Assembly (NCBI GenBank): GCA_963745235.1
Contig: CAVUXE010000099.1
Location: 64,001-128,000, forward strand
Reading direction: 5' to 3'
Length of the DNA stretch: 64,000 nucleotides
DNA from: an uncultured Spirochaetota bacterium
Lineage (GTDB): Bacteria > Spirochaetota > Spirochaetia > SZUA-6 > Fen-1364
Shown: in pieces, positions 53,021 to 62,536 of the stretch
Layout: every line of letters starts with the position of its first letter
Numbering within the stretch: position 1 is the stretch's first letter
Position numbers and translations under genes: made by a program
The notes under the pieces: generated by a model
Database searches by the model: none
What the model saw: only the letters and a program-made list of their open reading frames with translations
What the model was told of the DNA's origin: nothing

Positions 53021-53746
53021 ATGCAGCCAGTGCAGCAGGCGCCTGACAGGCGCCAGGGAGCGACAGACCAGCCCATACGACATCGAATCAGGAACTTTCT
53101 TGCGGCAACCGTCAGCAGGTTCCGTATCATCCTGCTCGCGATCCTTATCGCGGCCGCCGTCTTCCTGGTGGCGTACTTCATCTACACGGAGATCTCCCGG
53201 AAGCTTACCAACGACTCCACGGTCCTTGCTGAAAGCGCCCAGGACCTCTATGACAAGTGGCAGGGTGAGTCTGACATCGCGAAGAAGGGCGCCCTGGAGA
53301 AGCAGCTGACGGACCAGCTGGGCGTCCTCACCACCCGCTACGCGCGGCAGTACGGCGGAGAGCGCGGCTTCTTCATCCGCGCCAACCTGTCCTACCAGAA
53401 GAAAGCGTGGGATGACGCAGCGAAGGATTACCAGGCACTGGCGGCGCGGTTTCCGAACAGCTACCTCGCCCCCATCTCGCTCTTTGACGCGGGAGTGTGC
53501 CTGGAGGAGAAGGGTGATTCAGATGGAGCGCTGAAGCTGTACACCCGGGTCTCCCAGGCCTACCAGGATTCACCGGTTGCCCCTCGCGCCATGTTCGACA
53601 CGGCGCGCCTCGACGAGCAGAAAGAGTCCTTCGATGACGCGCACAAGATGTATGACCAGATCGACACCCTGTTTCCGTCCAGCACCTGGGACAAGCTTGC
53701 CAAGAACAGGCTGATCGAGCTGCGGGTGCTGGGGAAGATAAAGTAG
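53021..53746 (+). CDS. Membrane-anchored TPR protein (YfgM-like)
   Basis: N-terminal TM helix followed by TPR motifs. Confidence 0.85.
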   Translation: MQPVQQAPDRRQGATDQPIRHRIRNFLAATVSRFRIILLAILIAAAVFLVAYFIYTEISRKLTNDSTVLAESAQDLYDKWQGESDIAKKGALEKQLTDQLGVLTTRYARQYGGERGFFIRANLSYQKKAWDDAAKDYQALAARFPNSYLAPISLFDAGVCLEEKGDSDGALKLYTRVSQAYQDSPVAPRAMFDTARLDEQKESFDDAHKMYDQIDTLFPSSTWDKLAKNRLIELRVLGKIK

Positions 53747-53807
53747 AAAAGGCACGGGACAACGGCGGAGGCGCAGTCGGGGGACGCGCCATGAGGAGGG
53801 TGCTCGC

Positions 53808-56253
53808 GTGGCAGAGAAGAAAGGCACGTCGAAGTTCCTGGAGACGCGCTACTTCGGGCTCATCATCGGCGTTTTTGTATTCTGTCTGCTCTTTGCCCTG
53901 AACTTCGGCACCATCCTCATCACGCAGATCGATCAGAAGATGCTGGACTTCAACTTCCGCCTGAAGAACACCGTCACTGCGACCAACGTCCAGGAGGGTG
54001 TCTCGTTCGTCCAGCCCAACCCGAAGATCTCCCCCGACATCCTGATCATCGGGATCGACGACAAAGCCCTTGCGCGGTTCGGCAGATGGCCCTTCCCGCG
54101 CCGGCGGCATGCGGACCTCGTGAACGCCTTCTCCCGTATCAAGAACCAGGCCGACCGCGAGCGCGCGCTGTTTCTTGACGTGTTCTTCATCGAGCCGTCG
54201 GAAACCGCCGAAGACGACGCCCTGCTGGTCTCCTCCATCAAGAACAATGGCCGCGTATTCCTGGAGACGGTCCTCACGCTGGATGAGAACCCGCCGGGAA
54301 CCGCAAAGGAGTTCTTCGGCCGGCAGCAGGCTCTTTACGACAACGCGGGCAAGATCACGAATATCACGGGAGACTGGCTCAAGGTCAGCACGTTCCTCGG
54401 GACTGACTCACCGCTGAAGCCCTACGCAATCGCAACGCACGGGTACGGGCACGCAAACTTCCTTGCAGACCAGGACCAGGTGTACCGCAGGCAGCCCCTG
54501 GTGGCGAAGCTCTCCGAGCTGGAGGAAGAGATCCCCCTGGACCAGCTTACCGTGGACCAGCGCCTGGACAGGGCCAACTTCGAGCGGCTGGCCTGGATCG
54601 ACAAGTCCAACATTTCCCACGATATCCCGTACCCGCTCACCGCCGGGGTGCTGGACAACCTCAAGCGGCAGATGCAGACGAGCGCTCCGCAGAAAGTGGA
54701 GGAGTCCGCGGACGGCAAGACCAGGAAGTCCTTCTACGTGGTTCGCGAGTACCGTGACACCTTCATGCCTTCCATCACGCTTGCCCTTGCCCTCGAATAC
54801 ATGCACAAGACCACGTCTGACGTGGAGGTGGTCCTTGGGAAGTACATCCGCATCCCCAATCCCCAGATGTTCAACCTGGACACGCAGCAATGGGAGCCCT
54901 TCAAGCTCACCGTGCGTCCGGCGCAGTACGACAAGGATGGCAACCTGGTGAAGGATGGCGTCTTCAAGACCCTTCCCGAGCTTCGCATTCCCATCGACGA
55001 AACCGGCGCCATGGCCATCAACTTCATGGGCCCGAGGTCCAGCGCGAACCCGGAGGAGCACCAGACGTTCCCCATACGTTCCTACGCCGGCTACGCGGGA
55101 ACCATCACGTCGCCGGACCCCGCAAAATGGCCTGCCACGAAGAAAGTGGGGAACATGATCCTCATGGTGGGGCCCTTCGCGCAGGGAATGGCGGAGGATG
55201 AGAAGCCGACCCCGTTCGGGCTGATGTACGGCGTGGAGATCCATGCAAATGCGCTCAATACGATTCTCATGAGCAATTTCCTCCAGTTCGCGGAACCGTG
55301 GCTGCAGACGCTGATCCTTTTCGTCATTATCCTGCTCACCGCCCTCATGGTGTCCCGGCTTTCTACAATCTGGTCCCTGGTCATTACCGTCTCGCCTGAT
55401 CCTGGTCTACTTCTTCGTCTACCTCATCGTCTTCGAGCAATACCAGACGGTGTTGAACTTCTTCGGTCCCGCCCTCGGCATCTTCCTCTGTTTCCTTGCG
55501 GTCATTGCGTACCGGACCGTCTTCGAGGAACGGGACAAGAGGCGCATCAGGGACATGTTCGGCAAATACGTCAGCCCGGCGGTCGTTGACGAGATCCTGC
55601 AGGCCCCTCCCGAGCTGGGCGGAGTGGACAAGGAGCTGACGGTCCTTTTCTCGGACATCCGCGGGTTCACCAGCATGTCGGAGCGCATGTCGTCCCAGGA
55701 GCTGGTCAACCACCTCAACCTGTACCTCACCGCAATGACTGACCTGATCCTCGAATACAAGGGCACCCTGGACAAGTACGTCGGAGACGAGATCATGTGC
55801 TTCTGGGGCGCCCCCGCGCCCCAGGAGGACCACGCGCTGCTGGCGTGCAAGTGCGCGCTCAGGCAGATGGAGGTGTTGAAAAGAATGAACGACGCGTGGC
55901 CCCGGGAGAGGCGGATCGACATCGGGATCGGCATCAATACCGGGATCATGACGGTTGGCAACATGGGATCCATCGGACGGATGAACTACACTTTGATGGG
56001 GGACCAGTGCAACCTCGGCGCCCGCCTGGAGGGCACGAACAAGCAGTACGCCACCTCGATCATCGTGAGCGAGTACACGTACGCGCAGGTCAAGGACAAG
56101 GTGGTGGCCCGAGAGCTGGATGTCATCAAGGTAAAGGGCAAGGACAGGCCGGTGGTGATCTACGAGCTGCTGGATGCGATTGACGGCCTGGAGCCTCCCA
56201 CGGGGGACGGCGGTCCGCGGAAGACGGCCGTCAAGGCGGGGGCGGGGGCATAG
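53808..56253 (+). CDS. CHASE2-domain class III adenylate cyclase (frameshift ~55395)
   Basis: TM helix, IIGIDDKAL..GRWPFPR, GVEIHANALNTIL, three TM helices, FSDIRGFT, DKYVGDE, YTLMGDQCNLGARLEG. Confidence 0.95.
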
Positions 56254-56262
56254 GGAAGGGTA

Positions 56263-56970
56263 GTGCGCTCGCTGAAGACTCTTCTTGCCGCGGCTTTCGT
56301 CATCGTGGAAGTGGGCTGCGGACTGCCAAACCCGTATTTCCTGACCTCCCCCGGAGTAGGAAGCTTTCCCGCGGGACTGAACACCACGTGCACATTCACA
56401 AGCCCCGGCTACGCGGCCGGGTCAAACTTTGTCGGATTCGAGGTGTACTACAAGATAATCAGCTCGAACCCTCCATCGACGAGCGACATCAACCTCGGAG
56501 GGAGCGGCGTCACCGGACCTTATGTCCTGCTGGCCAACGGGTTCTTTCCAATCACGCTGGCAACTGATTCCGCTCCGTTCTCAAGGACAATCCCGCGTCA
56601 TCCAGCCCGCTTCCACCGACATTCCCAACGCCCTCACTGTTACCCTGGATTTTCAACCTCTGACTACTTTTACACGGTTGGGGCAACAAGCACCACACCA
56701 ATCGGAATTGGGAGAGACCTTGCAAATATCTCCCCCGGCAACAGGGAGCAGGTCATTCGTGGTCAATGCCTCGCCGACCCTTAACTATACATCCGCGGAT
56801 ACCGATTTGGGTCCGGTGTCTATACCACCTGCGCCAACAACCACCAAGTCTTCATAATACTGTACGCTTTGAGCTACGGCCTCAACGGAACGACAATCGA
56901 ATATTCCACGCCAGTCTACCTGGGCTTCGTGGGGTCTGACGCCATTTCCTTGATGAAGGGGATTTCCTGA
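56263..56970 (+). CDS. Putative lipoprotein, Thr/Ser/Gly-rich (about 4 frameshifts)
   Basis: Lipobox-like VGC, FVGFEVYYK; stitched frames end ILYALSYG...STPVYLGF at TGA 56968-56970. Confidence 0.6.
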
Positions 56971-57248
56971 TGTGGTTCTACTATTTCAACGTCGGGCTTA
57001 CGTATGTGACAATCGGAGTTGCCTCAGCGGTGTTCTTTTTCTTCGTGATCAAGAAGCCGGTGCTGGGGAAGCTGTGGGGCGCCATCATCGTAGGGCTGGT
57101 AGGCTCCTTCCTTGGCGGCCTGATCGACCAGATCTTTTCCAAGGTCATCCAGTACCTCTCCGACTTCAACTCGGTGAACGTGTTCTCCGCGCTGACTACG
57201 TCCCTCCTCATGATCTGGCTTCTCTCGAAGGCGAGCTATCCTCGATGA
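56970..57248 (+). CDS. Small membrane protein (GlsB/YeaQ-like)
   Basis: Three hydrophobic segments and an IIVGLVGSFLGG motif. Confidence 0.75.
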   Translation: MWFYYFNVGLTYVTIGVASAVFFFFVIKKPVLGKLWGAIIVGLVGSFLGGLIDQIFSKVIQYLSDFNSVNVFSALTTSLLMIWLLSKASYPR

Positions 57249-57454
57249 GCCCCGTTACCTCCGACGGAAGCGTCCGCGCCAACATCCACCCGGGCAGCCG
57301 GGTGACAATCGTGCAGAAGCAGGACCAGCGGACAGGCCGGCTTACCGAAGGGGTTGTCCGGGACATCCTGACGAGCTCTCCGACGCACCCTCACGGGATA
57401 AAGGTCAGGCTGGAATCCGGCGAGGTGGGTCGCGTCAAGGAGGTGCTGCCGTGA
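57245..57454 (+). CDS. YwbE family protein (DUF2196)
   Basis: IVQKQDQRTGRLTEGVVRDILTSSPTHPHGIKVRLESGEVGRV. Confidence 0.92.
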   Translation: MSPVTSDGSVRANIHPGSRVTIVQKQDQRTGRLTEGVVRDILTSSPTHPHGIKVRLESGEVGRVKEVLP

Positions 57455-57476
57455 GGAAATGCGAACGCCGCCTCAG

Positions 57477-57821
57477 CTACTGCTCCAGGGCGATATAAGT
57501 CGAATAGGTGAGGTTGCCTGTCGTGCTGTCTGCTGAGAAAATAATTGTATAGCTATATCCCGCCGCAATTGACTGTTGCGCCGGCCACTGGTACCAGATT
57601 CCGTCAATCCCTTTCGTATACAGGTAATAGGAACCCTGGCCAATGGGCGTAAAAGACGTCTGCTGGTTGGGAGTGAGGGGGGTCTCATCGTCCACGGAGC
57701 CTATCTTGATTGCCAGGAAGGTATAGCTGGAGGTACTATTCTCAAAGCTGACCTGCGTCTGGAAAAAGAAATTACAGGAGGCGAGGAACGCGATCATGAT
57801 GGCGAGTGCAATCTTCCCCAT
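57477..57821 (-). CDS. Small lipoprotein, beta-sandwich-like
   Basis: Lipobox in MGKIALAIMIAFLASC; alternating beta-strand pattern. Confidence 0.75.
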   Translation of the reverse strand: MGKIALAIMIAFLASCNFFFQTQVSFENSTSSYTFLAIKIGSVDDETPLTPNQQTSFTPIGQGSYYLYTKGIDGIWYQWPAQQSIAAGYSYTIIFSADSTTGNLTYSTYIALEQ

Positions 57822-57851
57822 AGTTGCTGCCGGTTTGCAAAACGATTTTCG

Positions 57852-58800
57852 TTGAAGCCCGGGGGTCTGTCAACCGCCGTTCTTCTGTATCTTGCCGCCA
57901 TTCTGAGCGGCTGCTCGCTGGCCAATCTGCCTGGCGCTGGCGGCCCTGGCTCGACGACTCTGTACGCCGCAACCGCCGCGGGGGTTTCCGCCTCACTCAC
58001 GGGCGGCTCTTCCTGGAAAACAATCGGGTCACTTGCCAACGTCAACAGCGTGGAGGCGGTTTCTTCAGGGACCTACATTTCCGTGTACGCAGCCGCGACC
58101 AGCGGCCTTTCCGTTTCAACTGACGGCACGACATGGTCGGCTTTACAGCGGCCTGGCCGGCCCCGTGTATGATGCAATTGTGTCCGGGTTGACAATCTAC
58201 GCAGCGACAGGAGCAGGTGTCTACTTCTCCGCTTCCCTGGACCCGGGAACCACCTGGACCAGCACGAGCATCCCGGGAAGCGCTTCCGTGGGCATCTTCC
58301 TCGTTGGAACGACCATTTACGCAGCCACGGGCAACGCCGGCCTGTCCGTCTATAATGGGAGCGTGGTCTTCCTACACGACACTAAGGGTCTTCCCAGCGC
58401 CAACGTTGTATGCGTGTTCGACGACGGTACGAATGTCTACGCTGGGACTTCAGACGCGGGGCTGGCGGTGGCCGCGAACACGTCCCTGTCGACGTGGACG
58501 GTCTACAATACAAGCAACACCGGCAACGGCCTCGCCAGCAATGACGTCCAGGGGATCTCTGTTTACAGCGGGCTGATCTACGCCGCCACGGCTGCCGGGC
58601 TCTCCGTCTACAACGGCTCGACGTGGACCACGTACCTTCCCGGAGTCTCTGTCAACAACGTGTACGTCTCCGGATCCTCCCTCTATGCCGCAACTGCTTC
58701 GGGCGTCTGGGTCTCACTCAACGGCGGCACATCGTGGAGCAACGCGACCATCGCCCAGGGTCTGGCGAGCAACACCGTAAGCAGCATTTCCGTGCAGTAG
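57852..58800 (+). CDS. Beta-propeller lipoprotein (frameshift ~58145)
   Basis: TTG start, LSGC lipobox, about 7 repeats of (I/L)YAAT.xG(L/V)SV...G.TW, GLASN/GLPSA motifs. Confidence 0.78.
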
Positions 58801-58833
58801 GGGTTATATTTCATGCGGACAAGGAGGAAGAAC

Positions 58834-59622
58834 ATGAGGAGACTCGGTCTCGCGGCCTTGCTATTCGTCGTTACACTCCCGGTGATCGCCCAGGGTCTCC
58901 CGAGGGATTCGAAGGACTATCTGAGCTTCCTGCCGCCGGAGGGGCTGGACCGCCTCTTCTCATCCGGCGAGCTCACGAACATTGCCGGCAAGATAGACGA
59001 GCTGCCCCTCTGGCAGAAGAGTCCCTTCGCTGACACCATCAAGGCGGCTCTCCAGGGCTTTGAGAGCACGATTGCCGCGGAGGGCTTCTTCCTGATCGAC
59101 CTCCCTGCCGCGGCCCCTGATGGAATTGACCCCCGGATCTTCAACTCCTTCACGGCTTTCTCCACCCTGAAGGGTCTGCAGGTCTATTCCGTCTCCCAGG
59201 GAAAAATGGAAACCTTCCTGTTCGACGCCTCCCGCGTGGATGAAGCGGACCACACAAAGCGTCTTCAGGATCAGCCCGTCACGGAGGTCCCGGCTCAGTC
59301 GGACTTTGTCGTCTATGAGAAGGAGGAGCAGACCGGCGACTCCTACGCAAAGTTTCACATAGACTTCGACCAGGCAGGCGAAAGCTTTGCCGTCGCGGTG
59401 ACCAACCTCACGAAAATGAACTATCTCTTCTTCACGCTGGTCGATCCGGGCAATCTTCACACCTTCTTCTTTGTGGTGCCCTGCCAGGACAAGATCGTCC
59501 TGTACGGCCTGACCGTGGTGAAAACGGGCCATTTCCTGGGCCTGGAACGGGCGAAGGAAAAGTCCTTCTACTACCGCATGAGGGCTCTTGTTTCGTGGTT
59601 CGCCGCAAATGTCAAACAGTAG
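58834..59622 (+). CDS. Exported protein, possibly DUF6675-like
   Basis: RBS AAGGAGG, signal peptide, FSTLKGLQVYSVS...LF.DA, SFYYRMRALVSWF; family recalled from memory. Confidence 0.7.
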   Translation: MRRLGLAALLFVVTLPVIAQGLPRDSKDYLSFLPPEGLDRLFSSGELTNIAGKIDELPLWQKSPFADTIKAALQGFESTIAAEGFFLIDLPAAAPDGIDPRIFNSFTAFSTLKGLQVYSVSQGKMETFLFDASRVDEADHTKRLQDQPVTEVPAQSDFVVYEKEEQTGDSYAKFHIDFDQAGESFAVAVTNLTKMNYLFFTLVDPGNLHTFFFVVPCQDKIVLYGLTVVKTGHFLGLERAKEKSFYYRMRALVSWFAANVKQ

Positions 59623-59634
59623 GAGTCAAAAGAC

Positions 59635-60513
59635 ATGCTGAGTTATTTTCAGGCCGTCGTCATGGGTCTCCTGCAGGGAGTGAGCGAGCTTTTCCCGATC
59701 TCCAGCCTCGGCCACTCGGTCCTGCTTCCGACCCTGTTCGGCTGGGATAACCTGGTCCGCGCGCAGTCGGACACCGAGTCATTCTTCCTTGCCTTCCTTG
59801 TCGGTCTGCACGTCGCGACGGCCCTGGCGCTGATCATCTTCTACCGGCAGGAGTGGGGCCGGATCGTGGTGGGGTTTTTCACCTCGATCGGAAAGGGGAA
59901 GGCAGACACTCCCGACGAGCGCCTGGCCTGGCTCCTGATTGTGGCGACCATACCGGCAGGACTGGTAGGGGTCATATTCGAGCACTCGCTGCGCACCCTT
60001 TTCGCGAAGCCGCTCTCCGCTTCACTCTTCATGGTCGTGAACGGCGGGGTGCTCTGGTTCGCGGAGCTTCTGAGGCGCCGCCCGGATGCGGCCCGAACTG
60101 ACCGCAGCCTCGCGGCGACGGCCCAGAACCTCAAGATCATGAAGTACCGTGACGCGGGCCTCATTGGCGTGTCACAGATCCTTGCGCTCTTCGCCGGCAT
60201 CAGCCGCTCAGGGATAACAATGATTGGAGGTCTCCTTCGCGGATTGGACCACCAGGACGCCGCGCGCTTTTCGTTCCTCCTTGCAACGCCAATCATCCTG
60301 GCCGCGGGAGTCTACAAGGTGCCTGACCTTCTGGGGCACAACGGAGACGGTGTGCGCGCCCAGGTCCTGGCGGGGAGCATCGCCGCCGGGGTGGCCGCCT
60401 ATCTGGCAGTACGCTTCCTGGACCGGTACTTTCGCACCAGGAGGCTCACGCCATTCGCCATCTATTGCGCCGTTGTCGGAGCCGCCATGGCAGTGAAGCT
60501 GCTTCTGTTTTGA
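59635..60513 (+). CDS. uppP: Undecaprenyl-diphosphate phosphatase
   Basis: QGVSELFPISSLGH, ATIPAG, AGISRSGIT, AARFSFLLATP. Confidence 0.96.
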   Translation: MLSYFQAVVMGLLQGVSELFPISSLGHSVLLPTLFGWDNLVRAQSDTESFFLAFLVGLHVATALALIIFYRQEWGRIVVGFFTSIGKGKADTPDERLAWLLIVATIPAGLVGVIFEHSLRTLFAKPLSASLFMVVNGGVLWFAELLRRRPDAARTDRSLAATAQNLKIMKYRDAGLIGVSQILALFAGISRSGITMIGGLLRGLDHQDAARFSFLLATPIILAAGVYKVPDLLGHNGDGVRAQVLAGSIAAGVAAYLAVRFLDRYFRTRRLTPFAIYCAVVGAAMAVKLLLF

Positions 60514-60548
60514 GCCGGGCCTGGAGCGCTGCCCGGGTCCGGGCGCAC

Positions 60549-61721
60549 TCAGAAATCAAGAGAGAAGTGAAAGCTTATGGCGAATGACGCGCCGTCCACG
60601 CGGTGGCCATAGAGAGGGAAGGCCAGGTAGGCGGTCACATTCGCCAGGTCGAAGGCGTCCCCGTACACACCGACACCCGTGGAGGCCAGAAAGCCCCCCG
60701 GGGTGTTCGTTGGGTCCCCCACGAAGCCGTTGTAGTAGCCCTGGTCCGTGAAGACATAAAAGCCAGGAAGCGTTGACGGCCAGATCATCGAGGGCCCCTG
60801 GAAGCGGATGTCGAAGTTGTTGACCGCCTTGAAAGTGGTGCCATACGAGCCCGTCTCGAAGCCGCGCACCCAGTCATCCGTGGTTGCCCGGGGAGCCAGC
60901 CCGCCGGTGCTCTCCTGAACGTAGAAGGGGATGGAGCCTCCTCCCGCATAGTCCACGGAAACAAAGTCTCCCACGTAGATGCTGAACAGGTTCCACTCAC
61001 CTGTGGATGGGGCGGCATACAATGTGCGAAACGCCTTGAAGGTTGCATTCAGGCGGTAGAAGTCCGCGTTGCCGATGCCGTTGAAGAGGAAGGAAGGGCC
61101 CCATTGCACGGACGCCTCTCCGTAAAGGCCGTCCCATGTCCTATGGAGGTCATCCTTCACGAGTGTGCTGGCGGAAACTCCGGCGAGCACTGAGCTGCTG
61201 AGGATCTGAGCGCGGTCAGGCGCGGAGGATTGCGAAACAAGGGAGGCAGTCGAGGCGTAGTTCTTATCGTAATGAAGCCTGTAGAAAAGGAAACCCTCCA
61301 GGAGATTTCGATTGCGTTCGTGGTCCCAGAGAATTCCCTGCCTGATCCCAAGGCCATCGACAATCTCCAGTCGATCGAAGGTCACCGCTGACCCGTTTCC
61401 GGAAGGCCCCGAATAAAGGCTGCCATCGGTGTTTCGGTAGTAATTGTCCGTCTCATAGCCGGCGCCGAAATCGTTCTCGACAATCGTGTCGAGCCCCGGC
61501 ACAAGCTTGAAGCCGTTGTAGAGTGCGGAGAAGTCTCCTCCCGTAGGCACGATGCCCCACCAGTACGTGCGCAGGTCGAAGTTGGTAAGCGTGAAGACAC
61601 CCGAGGGCGCTTCCATATCCGGGGTTGCAATCTGCGCCCCGGCGGTCCCTGCAACGGAGAGCATTGCAGCCAGTACGATCGCCGCACACCACGCAAGGTT
61701 TGGAGTTGTCGAGCTTTTCAT
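60549..61721 (-). CDS. Omp85-family outer membrane beta-barrel lacking POTRA domains
   Basis: Signal peptide, amphipathic strands, WVRGF, FDIRF, FTDQG, ASTGVGV, terminal FHFSLDF. Confidence 0.75.
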   Translation of the reverse strand: MKSSTTPNLAWCAAIVLAAMLSVAGTAGAQIATPDMEAPSGVFTLTNFDLRTYWWGIVPTGGDFSALYNGFKLVPGLDTIVENDFGAGYETDNYYRNTDGSLYSGPSGNGSAVTFDRLEIVDGLGIRQGILWDHERNRNLLEGFLFYRLHYDKNYASTASLVSQSSAPDRAQILSSSVLAGVSASTLVKDDLHRTWDGLYGEASVQWGPSFLFNGIGNADFYRLNATFKAFRTLYAAPSTGEWNLFSIYVGDFVSVDYAGGGSIPFYVQESTGGLAPRATTDDWVRGFETGSYGTTFKAVNNFDIRFQGPSMIWPSTLPGFYVFTDQGYYNGFVGDPTNTPGGFLASTGVGVYGDAFDLANVTAYLAFPLYGHRVDGASFAISFHFSLDF

Positions 61722-61807
61722 GTAGGCACTAATATAACACATGGTCACCGGTTTCTCTGTTGACTACTTTTCCATGATACTCTTGGAACCAGAGAGGGGG
61801 GTGTCCG

Positions 61808-62327
61808 ATGAAATGGCAAAAGGCTCCCGAAGAGCTGAAGGTCCTGCTTGAAAGGGTGATGACGGGGATCGACTGCGAGAAGAGATCGATGTTCGGATAC
61901 CCGGCGTACTTCATCAACCAGAACATGTTCGCCGGCTTGTTTCAAAGCGCGGTCTTCATGAGGCTTTCGCCGGAGCAGCTTTCCACGCTGACGAAGACTT
62001 CACCCATCGATATCTCAGCTTGAGCCCATGCCGGGAAGGCCCATGAAGAACCACTATGCTATTCCCGAGGACCTCTATAGGAACGAGGACGCATTCAGAA
62101 AGGTAGCCGCGGAGGCGGCGGTGCACGCTCACACGCTGGCCCCCAAAGAGAAGTCTGCGGCCAAGAAGGCGCCAGCCGCCAAGAAGAAGGCGGCCCCGAC
62201 GGCTGCCGGCGCGTCTGCCCGGGCGCCAGCCCGTGCGCCTGCAGCTGTGCCCGCCACCAAAAAGTCCCCCGCAAAGAAGGCTGCAGCAGGCAAGTCTTCC
62301 GCAAAGAAGCGCTCCCGGGGCTCATGA
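61808..62327 (+). CDS. TfoX N-terminal domain protein with Lys/Ala-rich tail (frameshift ~62000)
   Basis: KRSMFGYPAYFINQNMFAGLF, EPMPGRPMKNHY, then AKKAPAAKKK-type tail. Confidence 0.85.
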
Positions 62328-62429
62328 CAAGCTCCCGCCAGGCTTCGCTCTGACTGCGGACAGCCTCGGCCCGATCCGTCGCGGCCTAGTCGCCTTGTTT
62401 CTTTTTGAGCGCAAATCAATATTCTTATT

Positions 62430-62457
62430 ACTTCCGATAATAGATATTCTGTCTACT
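62430..62457. other. dif-like XerC/XerD chromosome dimer resolution site
   Basis: ACTTCCGATAA-TAGATA-TTCTGTCTACT (11-6-11), close to the B. subtilis dif as recalled (ACTTCCTAGAA-TATATA-TTATGTAAACT); lies in an AT-rich gap between convergent genes. Confidence 0.8.
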
Positions 62458-62536
62458 TGCAATGACAAGGAGCAAAACAGGCAATGCCGCCAATGCAGGC
62501 CTACCGGCAGACCTCATCAAAATCAGCCTCATGAAA

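Noticed and set aside
53747-53807. sigma54 promoter before the cyclase (AGGCACG)
   Set aside because: No TTGC/GC -12 element at the required spacing.
62428-62532. 34-aa minus-strand ORF (MRLILMRSAG...) and a 16-aa plus-strand ORF after AAGGAG
   Set aside because: Very short with no recognisable family; the minus ORF runs through the dif-like site, which already explains the AT richness.
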